NCBI GenBank assembly: GCA_040954595.2
Contig: CM082590.2
Location: 5,084,001-5,148,000, forward strand
Length of the DNA: 64,000 nucleotides
Direction: 5' to 3'
Source: Balanoglossus misakiensis
Taxonomy: Eukaryota > Animalia > Hemichordata
The position numbers and the translations under genes are program-made. Positions 39,973-50,739 of this stretch are shown here, piece by piece. Within the stretch, counting starts at the first letter, position 1; each line of letters starts with the position of its first letter. The notes under the pieces are model-generated. The model was not told the origin of the DNA. It was given only the letters and a program-made list of their open reading frames with translations, and searched no databases.

Positions 39973-40784
39973 GACACGCCCATCTAAAATCAATGGTCTA
40001 CAAAAGAGAGCCAACAGTGTTAAGTGAGGTGTCTATTGCAATGTTTTCAGGGTCAAGGAATTCAAATATGCAATCGATTACCTTGTCAAACAAGGTACAG
40101 CATGGAAAATATGCAAAATTAACTTAATTACTCACGATGTCATGCTAAAATTGACAATTGAAAGCTAATGATACGACTATGGCCTGTGAGGTGTCTATTC
40201 ACATGTTTTTTGGCAAATGTTTGCATTTTAATGAATAACTGAAATGAAACTTTTCATATTTGTATGTAATAGCATGTAAAAAACAACAAAAAACAAACAA
40301 AGAAACATACACAACGAGGATTTAGTTTAGACTGTACATGCTCGTTGGTAACATCGTGACCGATCGCTCCGTTAAAAAAACACCAGAACATTGAACGTAT
40401 GAACGTTTAGGTCCACAATTCACAAGTTATTGAACTATGAATGTATGTTCAATGTTGTGAAAAGCCAAAAACATACTTTTTGCCAACAAAACTGGCATTT
40501 GTTAACGTACAAGTTGTTCATTAATAGCGAAAGCATCGTATGGCCACACTCACATTATGCCAGCACCGTATATTCATGCTTAGTTATAAGACGTTGAATG
40601 CACACTGATGGCCCGACGTCCTCGGTGTTTTATTGAAACCCGGTCTCTAACAACAATATCTCTTCATAAGTAAAGAGTAATGTGTATTTTTATTACGTTT
40701 TTATATATGATACTGTGTGCAAAGTGAAGATTGTGTCAGTGAGGCAACATATATACATGTATGTTTAATCCACTTGGGTGTCGT

Positions 40785-42980
40785 ACTTGGCTCAGATGTG
40801 TGTACTAAACAAATTCAGATAGCGAGCCACAATATCTGTTGATGAGTTTTCATGGCAATCATTTTTTTAATTTTTTCGAAATGGCCGCCAATACAGATAA
40901 TCTCACCCGCAAAATAACAATTATAAAACACCACAATAAATTCATATTACAATATTTGAAACAAGAAACTGCTCAAATTTTCAAAAAATATATCATCACT
41001 AAACTAGTTATAGGGGTAAATACAGGATCGAGATTCAGTCGCTAAAGAAATTCAAGTTTGGTAATAACCCCGGTTACAACAAACTTAGTTAAAACACTGT
41101 ATAACCATATATATATTATAATAGTGGCCTGGCATAAACACAATTTTCGTAACATTTGGGCATTTTGTGATAAAAGTTTAACAAGTAAAGCTCAGTTGAT
41201 TCGTTATTTTCCCCATAAAAATATCTTTGATGAACAAAATTCCAAATTTAGTCAACCCAGGAAAAAACGGCATCTTGTTTCTCAACCTTATAAATTGATC
41301 TGACCAGTTTGAATTAGTGCAGAATCCAGCTTTTCTATTTTATCTTCATCAAATGATTCATGCAGATAAAGAATCACTTCCCCATAAAATGATGGCAGAA
41401 ATCCAGTATCATGACAGTCGATTGGTTTGTTAAAGTTACTATAGAAACTAACTATATGTCTAGGGTGCATGTACATAGATAGATGTTAGGAATCAAAATC
41501 AAAATCTGTTTCAAACTTTTCATCCAATACTTGTCCTTCGGAAAGCGTTTTGATGAAGTCGCTTGAAGTGCTTTGTATCATGTTATCGATAATTTTAATC
41601 ACACCTTGATGATAGTCAGCAGTTCTATTTTGACATGTTATTTTGTGTATTTGTGAACACCCAAAAGAATAAAATGATAAAGTGAAAATAAGCTTCAAAA
41701 CACCAAAAGTCTTCAGGATCACAGCTTTTCTGTAAAGAGTAAGATTTCGCTTACTTCATGCTATTAAATGAAATGAAGTTTTCCGTAATATCTCTTGCAA
41801 AGTCAGATCTTTACACATTGAGATATTAGAATGGAAGTACATTCCAAGTGACTTGTTGGGAGCCTTGGGGCACCTAATCCCAGAAAATTGCAATAAGACC
41901 TGTTTTTCCATTTACCAATCTAAAGGCCAACTGCTTGTATATTTAGTTGGGTTTCTATAATTAACACACATTTTTGACAATATTTATGGCATGATGGACA
42001 CTATTCTCGACAAATAAAATAATGTTGTGTCCTCCGGTGTAATTTTTATGAGTTTGGAATCATAGACACCATTTATCTTTTGGTCAACTCTGTTAACAGT
42101 CGCCAAAATTGCTGGAGTGGAACTGATACATGATCTAAAGTATCAAGACATATGGTCGATTATTAACGTTTCAGCAATTTGACTTAAGTTTCTTTAATTT
42201 CCTATGGCATTTTGACAAACATTAACGCCCCGAAAAAACGTTGTCAACGCTGCGGTGGCGATTGTGGTCGAAACAAAGCCGCTTGGTTCGTTACCCGGGG
42301 TCCATTTAGATTGCATTGCGTTTGAGGCCCTATGTCTGTCGACCAATAAACGTGACGACCGCGGACTCAGTTTGGATCAACGTCTATTTCGGGCAGTGGA
42401 CTCTCCTATCAAGTTGATAAGGAAATTTTACCAGTCACGAGTAAGCCAAGCCCACATCCGTGTGCAATTCGAATAAATCGGTGATCTGTTTATATGATTA
42501 TCATTAGCTAAGGTGGTAAAGTGTTGTGATTCATATGTGTAATTTACGTACTGCAAGTTAAATATCGCAATTAGCCTAATGTTTGACCATAGACAGTATG
42601 GTTTGACTTCTAGAGGAGCACCTATTAATCTGAAAGGGATTAAAAGTTGTGCCTTTAAATTGTGTTTTGATAACTTACTTACCCCTATAAGTAGTTTAGT
42701 AACCATAATATCTTTGCAAATCATTCATTCCACAGTTCCTTGTATCAAATATAGTAATCTAAATTTATTTTGGTGTTTGCAGATGTTATTTGGTGGGTGA
42801 AATTATCTGTATTGGTGGCCATTTTGAAAAATTGGTTGCCATGGAAACTCATCAACAGATATTTAGTGGCTCCCTATCTGAATTTATTTAGTACACATTA
42901 ACACACATCTGAGCCAAGTTTGGTGCTTTTATCACAAAATGCACAATCGCTATGAAAATTAGGGTTTGGCCGCTCCACTA
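40785..42980. mobile_element. Academ-like non-autonomous element with long TIRs (left tip missing), carrying a LINE remnant
   Basis: 40785-40905 is inverted at 42800-42920; right terminus ...GGTGCTTTTATCACAAAATGCACAAT...GCCGCTCCACTA. Confidence 0.6.
41150..42200 (-). pseudogene. Highly decayed L1/Tx1-type LINE RT C-terminal fragment
   Basis: Reading through stops gives KSLGMYF...IA*SKRNLTLYRKAVILKTFGVLKLIF, resembling KYLGI...W..R.LSL.GK..I.K.L..SKL.Y. Confidence 0.55.
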
Positions 42981-43845
42981 CGGGGCTTTAGACGGCCATA
43001 TGGAATTGCCACATCGAGGCTCTTGTCTCAAAATGAACTTCACACTTGAAGTATTGTTTTGAACAAGGTTTAAGTCCTTTATTAAAATAAAGAAAAGGTA
43101 ATTTTTTCCAATGCTTGTGAGTTTTCAGTACATGTACTGTTACACCTAGCTTTATTATTATTTGGTAGCCAAAAATCAACGAATTATTCATACAATATGC
43201 AAATTTTGCATAATTATTGTTGCTATTTTGTGTTTATACAACCAAAAAAAGTTGTTGATGTAAACATGTAGTTTAGTTTCATTGTTTAAGGAGGTACGTG
43301 AACATTTCTTTGATGCTATTCATGTGAGAATTGCGATCCTTGGCGGCCATTTTGATTTGCCAAAACGAGGCTCTTATCTTACAACCATTTTCGGGTTTCG
43401 GCGACAGGCTGACGAATATGCTATTTTTAAGAGTTTGCTTTAATTATTTCACGAATCCAACATATCATGAGAAAGAGCGGATCTTGTGCTTCCCAACGAT
43501 ATACATGATTTTCTTATTTGTTTTTATTTTCAATACATAATTCATTGATTTTGTAGCACACTGTCAAGCACGATGCTTGCTATTGCATTTAAAATACGAC
43601 TCCCTAACTTACTCTTAATCTTACTTCCCACGAAACCTCGGTTTTCTCGTCGACGAAAACATTAAATCTACGTTATAATGCATTAGAGATACAGTTTAAA
43701 CCGCTAGCAAAAGGTACTCTATTTACTTAAGAGTCCATCTAAGGTTTTTCCCGAGTTTGTGCGCTACTCCAGTCACTCATTTGCTCAAAGTATTTCGTCC
43801 GTCAACCGCTATTCAAGGCACTCATTCAAGGCACTCATTTCTTAA

Positions 43846-44641
43846 GATGGGTCCCTGGGATCTTTTTGCTCGTTGCTATGGGCCTTTATAGGACACTACA
43901 CTCAATTTTGATCGAAACCGTTATGAACGTCCGACAAGGGGCTTGTAACTAGTTAAAAATACGCATGATTGTGTGCACACCCCCTGTCTGAGTATGTTTA
44001 CGGCAGCTACCGCCCGGCCATAGGCCGCCACGCTAATACGGCAAAGCCGCGGTCAGAGATAGCGTGCGCGTCCTGTAACCACAGTAACTGGATCGAACGC
44101 TAAAAATCCAATGTTTTGTACACAGAGATTTTGTACCGTTCACGAAAATCCCTAAGGCTTTTTTTCACAGGCGACGTAGGCCAGCCAAATTTGACCTGCT
44201 TGTTGAGAACGCACTTCCGCATAGTGTGACGGATCGTTTTTTCGGTTTTCGTCGTGCTAAGAAGCGATACCAGTGGAAGAGTGCGTCCAAAAACACCCAA
44301 AATCGATGACTTTTTCAGGTGTGGTACGGGTATGCTGAAATCGTAGGATACAACGATAATATTCGAAAACAAAATCCGTCACGATCTTCCCTGGTTCAAG
44401 CAACTAATGAATACGTATCAAGTTCGTTTTTGAGGTCACGGAATAAAAAGCCTTAGGCTTTTGAAATTTGACCTAACTAATCTGCATATCAATGGCGTCA
44501 GGGGGCGCGCGCTCACAATCGTGCAGATTTTCAACTAGTTACCAGCCCCTTGGTAGACTCTGAAAACGGCTTAGTCCAAATCGGGGTGTAATGTCCTATA
44601 AAGGCCCATAGCAACGGGCAAAAAGATCCCAGGGACCCATC
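43846..44641. mobile_element. Kolobok-like MITE inserted into the repeat array upstream of the YR gene
   Basis: TTAA|GATGGGTCCCTGGGATCTTTTTGC...GCAAAAAGATCCCAGGGACCCATC|TTAA; ~55-bp TIR, TTAA TSD, RR...YY ends. Confidence 0.85.
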
Positions 44642-44675
44642 TTAAAGGTCATCATTGATTATTTTGTTCTTAGGT

Positions 44676-44853
44676 TCGTCAAGAGTAAACCGCTATTCAA
44701 GGCACTCTTTTTCTGTAAGGTCACCATTTATTATAAGGTTCTTTCGTCCGTCAAGAGTAAACCGCTATTCAAGGCACTCTTTTTCTGTAAGGTCACCATT
44801 TATTATAAGGTTCTTTCGTCCGTCAAGAGTAAACCGTTATTCAAGGCACTCTA
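44676..44853. repeat. 72-bp tandem repeat carrying a 29-bp dyad motif; further copies at 47051-47079 and (partial) ~43800
   Basis: AAGAGTAAACCGCTATTCAAGGCACTCTT at 44681, 44753 and 44825 (variant). Confidence 0.92.
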
Positions 44854-44859
44854 TTCACT

Positions 44860-47052
44860 ATGTCTAAGAGAGTATTTGGTAGTTCATATTGTGATATTTC
44901 TGATTCTGGTTCACACTTGTCAGGTGTTGAAGCTCTTCCAGTTGAATCATCTGACACAGAAAGCATAGAAATTCCACCAGCTCGCAGTGCAGGTAGGCCT
45001 AAGCGACTCTTTCCGGCTAAATATTTCTATGGGTCTAATAAGAAAAAGCAGAGGAAATCAAAACAGCCAAATAAACAGGATTTGAGGAAAAAAATTGACT
45101 GTCCAGTAGATGACTGCTCTGCCAAAGTGTTCAAGCTTAAAAGGCACCTAATGCAGATGCATGATGTCCCTGAAATGAGGGCGTTATTGATGACATCAAA
45201 GCACGCAACAACAAAAAGAATGGAAAGAGGGGCAAATCGAGACAGACCTTACCATCAATGTCCCCTCGATTGTGGTGCTACGGTTAAAAGACTGGACAAG
45301 CACCTGATGAATACTCACCGGTACGAGAGGGGGGATCCTCGTCTGGCGAATATTTTAGCCGACGCAAAAAAAAAATCTTACAAAAAGGCCGCGTTAGAAA
45401 GGAAGGCTCGTAAACAATCAACCGTATCAAACGCATCTAAACAAAACGAGCACAGGCCCAGAAGCCGAACAAGACGGGACCGGCAGGGCATAACGGAAAA
45501 AAGAAACCGCTCTCCCAGAAGCCCCCAGCAGGCCCCAGTTAGGGAAATAATCCCTGTAGTCAGAGAATCATCTGACGAGGAGTACATAGTACCACCTAAA
45601 CGTTACCGGCGTATCATTCCCCCCGCTAATAGTGATGAGGGTGAGGTCGAAGATGTGAGCGAAATATTAAATTCGTTTGAGGCCCACCTTTTGACTGCAG
45701 ATGGAGGGCGCCGATCACAAACTTCGGCCAAACAGAATAGGTCTCAGGTAGGCCGCCTTTTCCAGTCATTGGGGTCCCTTGAAGCAGTGGGAGATAGACA
45801 AAAAGTTCTTAATTTCATTGAAAACACACCCAATCTTAAAGTAAGTTCCGTAAGGAGCTATCTATTTTCATTTGGTATGTTTTATAACTTTTGTTCATGC
45901 AGCACCCCACCTCTCCTCCCAGGCAAAGCAGATCTGATGCACAGATTAGTTTTAAAATGGGCTACTAGCTACAGGAAAGAGGTAAATCAAAGGTCTGCCG
46001 AATTCCAATCCGAAGTGGTGCACCAGCTGATAACACATGCCAAATTTAGATCCTTTGAAAATAGCAAAACGGCAAGAGATGCCTACAAAATTATTGCATC
46101 TGCTGGGAAGAAAACCAAAGTTAGCGAACAGGAATATAAAACTGCTAATGGGTATATACTGGTCTGCATAGCCCTGGATTCTGCCTAAAGATCTGGAGCG
46201 CTGCGCAATGTAACAATCCGCGACTTCAATAAAGCGGTTGAAACCGACAACGGTCATGTTGTTTTAGTCGCAGAACATAAAACGGCCAGCTCCCATGGCG
46301 TGGCACGTTTGGTATTTACCAGGCCTCTATATAGAATAACATCACTTATGATTAGAGACTTGTTGCCTAAAACACCAGGTGGAAAAAAACCCACAAGGAG
46401 ACTTTTCTCAAGTTTTTGTGGAGAGCAGCTAAGTAGCTCTACTTTCGCCAAATTCTTGGCTGATTCCTGGCGGAAATCAGGAGTTTCAAAAAAGAAACTG
46501 ACAAGTACTATTTGTCGAAAGAGTATGGTCACCATGGTTTTAGACACCCAGCCCGAACTATCGAAGAAATTGGCTAGCCATATGAGTCACAGGGAGACGA
46601 CCCAGGCATCCTATTATAGGATTGCTGGAGCTGTGCAGGAAAGTTCTAATGTCATGCAGGAAACAAGAAAAATTAGAGATGGATTAACATCAAAAAGTAA
46701 TGCAAAAGTTGAAATTGGTCAAACAGAACCAAAGGAGGAGGAGAAAGTAGAGCCAATGGACACTGGGGAGGATGATACAGCTGTAGATCCTCTGGAAATT
46801 GTGGATTCTGAATCCATACATGCACCCTCCACTACCGAGCAGTCGCACGTCTTCTCTGGAAGACGAAGCTTTTCAATAGACCAAGTTGAACTGATAGAAG
46901 GAAGATTTAGAAAAAACATCTTGGAAAAATGTGTCACTGCTGCCCAGGTTAGGCAAGTAATGGAGGAAGACCCTGATTTTAAGGGCAGGTTCCATGGATA
47001 TACGGTGAAGCAAATTGTAGACAGAATCCGGTGTAGTTTCAGAAAAAGATAA
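44860..47052 (+). pseudogene. C2H2 zinc-finger + tyrosine recombinase + C-terminal Myb/HTH-like protein, 730 codons with one in-frame TAA (46186-46188)
   Basis: ORFs 44860..46188 and 46300..47052 are in the same frame. Two C-x2-4-C...H-x4-H fingers are present. YR motifs: DSA*RSGALRN (R), EHKT (K), TICRKS (R), ASHMSH (H), QASYY (Y). The sister copy reads DNAQR at the stop. Confidence 0.88.
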
Positions 47053-47509
47053 GAGTAAACGGCTCTTCAAGGCACTCTTTTCCCGGTGTAGTTTAAGAAA
47101 AAAGTAAAGTTAGTTGTATACCAGAAAGCAAAAAAAAAAAAAAAAAAAAAACACTGGCATGACACATGCAAAAATACATTAACAAACATACTGAACACAC
47201 ATTCATATGCACCAAACATACTTACACACACTGACATTACACATGCATGCACAAACATGTTCTTTGTTACTGTTTTTGTTTTGTTATTAATGTTTAAAAA
47301 GGAAGACAAGAAGACTGTTGAAGATAAGAAGAAAAAGAAGAAGAAAAAGAATGTTATTTGTTGTAAAAAAAGGCACAGAGAAATAAAATAAGTGTGTCCA
47401 ATTGGTGTCTCAAATGCTATGTCTGATATATTAAAAATAGAGACATGCATTTGATATCCCAGTTGAAACACACAAAACCTCAGCTACGGAGAGTACAAGG
47501 GCATATTGG

Positions 47510-47800
47510 AACCCTCAAAAGGTAGACATTCAAGAAGGAATAGGTAAAAAACAACAACAATAAGGCGAGTAAAATGTGTGCTTTATTAGTGTAAACATTG
47601 CTTTATTTAATCCCTCAAAAGGTTGAAATTCAAGAAGGGAGAGGTAAAGAACAACAGCAATAAGGTAAGTAAAATGTTTGCTTTATTTGTGTAAAACATT
47701 GCTTTATTTTATCCCTCAAAAGGTGGAAATACAAGAAGGAAGATGTAAAGAACAACAGCAAATGGGTGAGTTAAATGTTTGTTTTATTATTGTAAATATT
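47510..47800. repeat. ~100-bp tandem repeat x3 downstream of the YR gene
   Basis: CCCTCAAAAGGT at ~47512, 47612 and 47713. Confidence 0.8.
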
Positions 47801-48307
47801 GTTTGAATAACAATGGTAAATGAAGTTAATTATGTGTGACCTTGAAACTAACGTTGCATTCAAAGACATTCAAACACATTTGAAAACTGTTAACACTTAA
47901 AATCCTAAAGAATTTTATGTTTTTCAATGTTAAATACAAGATGAGGTGTGAAATAAACAATTTTTAAAAAAGGTCATTTTCAACAAATTATATGTTTTGT
48001 TTGATAGCCTATAAAAAAATAAGTTGAGTGTGGTTGAGTATGGTTTTTTATTTGTTGTAAAAGGAGAAGATTTGCTCTCTAAAACTGTTTTCAGAATGAA
48101 AATCGGACATCATTAAGTAGTCAAAAAAATTATTGAAAAAGTATGGAAAATAAATATTTTCAAATAAAGTTTTTTGTATCAAAAAAAAATAATAAACTAA
48201 AGTTAACTAGCTAAAGGTATGTATTAATGAAAGATGTATGAATTGAAACCAAAAAAGGGACTAACCCTCTTGACCTTGACCTAACCACGCCTAAAAAAAA
48301 AAATTCG

Positions 48308-48512
48308 GGTCCCCTAATGCCCAACTTATGACGTAAGTTGGGCATTGTGAGACTTGATGTTGGGCATTCGGGGACTTGAAGTTGGGCATTCGGGGACTTG
48401 AAGTTCGGCATTAGGGGACTCAGGTCCCTCAATGCCCAACTTCAAGTCCCCCAATGCCCAACTTCAGGTCCCTCAATGCCCAACTTCAGGTCCCCGAATG
48501 CCCACCGGACCC
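48308..48512. repeat. Palindromic array of ~nine 22-bp subterminal motifs (GAAGTTGGGCATTCGGGGACTT)
   Basis: One reverse, four forward and four reverse copies; single copies at the left end (35359 forward, 35514 reverse). Confidence 0.9.
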
Positions 48513-48515
48513 TTA

Positions 48516-49116
48516 CCCTAGCAGTGAGGAGAAACCCTAACTCTAGCCCTAAAACTAACCCTAGGAGTGGGAGAAACCCTAACCCTAGCCCTAACCCTAG
48601 CAGTGAGGAGAAACCCTAACCCTAGCCCTAAAAATAACCCTAGGGGTGGGAGAAACCCAAACCCTAACCCTAGCCCTAACCCTAGGAGTGGGGAGAAACC
48701 CTAGCCCTAACCCTAGCAGTGATGAGGAACCCTAACCCTAATCCTAGCCCTAACCCTAGCTGTGAGGAGAAACCCTAACCCTAGCCCTAAAACTAACCCT
48801 AGGAGTGGGGAGAAACCCAAACCCTAACCCAAGCCCTAACCCTAGCAGTGAGGAGAAACCCTAACCCTAGCCCTAAAACTAACCCTAGAAGTGGGGAGAA
48901 ACCCAAACCCTAACCCTAGCCCTAACCGTAGGAATGGGGAGAAACCCTAGCCCTAACCCTAGCAGTGATGAGGAACCATAATCCTAACCCTAGCCCTAAC
49001 CCTAGCAGTGAGGAGAAACCCTAACCCTAGCCCTAAAACTAACCCTAGGAGTGGGGAGAAACCCAAACCCTAACCCTAGCCCTAACCCTAGCAGTGATGA
49101 GGAACCCTAACCCTAA
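48516..49116. repeat. Interstitial telomere-like satellite: CCCTAA/CCCTAG runs punctuated by (GC/GG)AGTG(A/G)GGAGAAA spacers
   Basis: About 600 bp of CCCTAA, CCCTAG and CCCAAA hexamers in a higher-order repeat. Confidence 0.95.
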
Positions 49117-50739
49117 TTAGGGTCAAAGTGGTCCTCCGTGTAACCCGAATTCAAAGGTCTACCAAAAAAATCATTATGTTTTTCTAAGGTTATAAACACT
49201 GTAAGTGATAGATTACAATAAATTATTTATTTTAAGTTATTGGAGCTCTAACCCTTGTATATTTCAGGGTGAAAACAACTCAGGTAACATAGAGGACCAG
49301 TTTATCGGTTAAGGTACCATAATGGAATTGGTTAAAAGCATTTTGGTTGACCCTAATAAGTAATCCAGGTGTTATTCAATTGTATAAGTGTCCCCTTCTA
49401 CCCCCCTGCAGGAAAACAAAGTGAAAAAATGTTGGTCCAAAAAAATGTAGTAAAATTCTTATACTTACTGTGAACTGGCTGCATCAGAAAAAAACGAAAT
49501 CTTCACAAGCATGATTTTTGGCATAAAAATCGTTATTTCACCGAATTTTGAAAAACCTTTGGCACGTTTGTAATATTTTTGATGCTAATTTTATTATACC
49601 AAAATTTTAAAAATTCATCAAGATTTAGGAAAATTATTCAAATAACCAGTGTTGGGGACCACTTTGATGTTACCTGTGTATTGTCTATGGGCGAAAATGC
49701 GACTTTTTTAAATTGTTGCAATTTCATTGTTATTAAACATACAGCTGTCAAACTCACATATTTATTAACGTTGACATAACAGATTTCAAAACTAGTTTCA
49801 GTTTTAAAATCGAAGGTCGCTAATGTGAGTTGTAGGTTACAAAAAACATACCAAAGGTAAATTTTAAAATTTTCATGCTTGTTTTGTTCGGAGCACTCCA
49901 GTTTGTTTATTTCTAAAGCTTTCACTTTGATTGTTCAATATGTTGTAGATATGAAAATGTTCTTTTAAAAACAGGTTACACTTTTGAAATCGGTGGATGG
50001 GAAGTTGACCAATTAATGCCATGTATGAGGTGCACCCGAAATTAACTGTATCCTGATTTTTTTTTTTAAATATACACTTTGCTTTGTTAAGATTATTTTT
50101 TTTATTTTATGCATTTCAAAGATGAAACTTTTGGTAAACCATTATGAGATGTTATAGAATATTGAAAAGTTTACACTATTAAGATTTGACACCATTAATT
50201 ATTTCAAATAATGCTGCAAAATAGACTGAAATAACTCCCATTGACTTAACATGTATAAAAACAAAAGAATAAGTTTTTGGGGACACTTGGAGATTTGTTT
50301 TTATGTTGAAAACTCGGCGAAAAATGGTTTGTTTTATGCTTATTCTAACGAATATCTTACAATCCAATATATGGTTTTTAAGCTCAGATTCTGGGCTCTC
50401 TAATCCTGAAAACCGTTTTCCAAAAATCATAGAAATAAAATCAGAGAGCCAACGATTACAATTTGTTACGATCGTATTTTGCACTCACTTCCGCGTTTCG
50501 GCCAATTGCAGACAAATACTTTTTATAAAAGGCTTTGTTTTATGCTTATTCTAACAGTTATCTAACAATCCAATATATGGTTTTAAAGCTTAGAATCTTG
50601 GCTCTCTAACCACTGAAACCGTTTGTCAAAAATCGTAGAATCGAAATCAGGGAGCCAACGATTATAATTTGTTATGGTCTTTTTTCGTGTGTAGGGTTAG
50701 GTACTTAGGGATTTGGGCGACAGGCAAAATCCTCAGTTT

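Larger units (their letters stand above)
35347..48515 (+). mobile_element. YR element A: ~13.2-kb Crypton-like tyrosine-recombinase element with inverted termini, inserted in a telomere-like tract
   Basis: The left end TTAGGGTCCAACGGGCATTAGGGGACCTGA is the inverse of the right end TCAGGTCCCCGAATGCCCACCGGACCCTTA. Both flanks are the same CCCTAA/CCCTAG satellite. The element contains the ZnF-YR ORF. Confidence 0.75.

Noticed and set aside
44676-44853. CRISPR-like repeat-spacer array
   Set aside because: The intervening sequences are identical rather than unique, there are no cas genes, and the context is eukaryotic.
35347-48515. PIF/Harbinger reading of element A (GGG...CCC ends, TTA TSD)
   Set aside because: Formally possible. 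However, the implied empty site (CCCTAA-TTA-CCCTAG) breaks the satellite whereas the no-TSD reading restores it exactly, and only a YR gene is present. Disfavoured, not excluded.
48516-49116. True telomere, or a telomere-integrated herpesvirus end
   Set aside because: The tract is short, degenerate and internal; no viral genes are recognisable.
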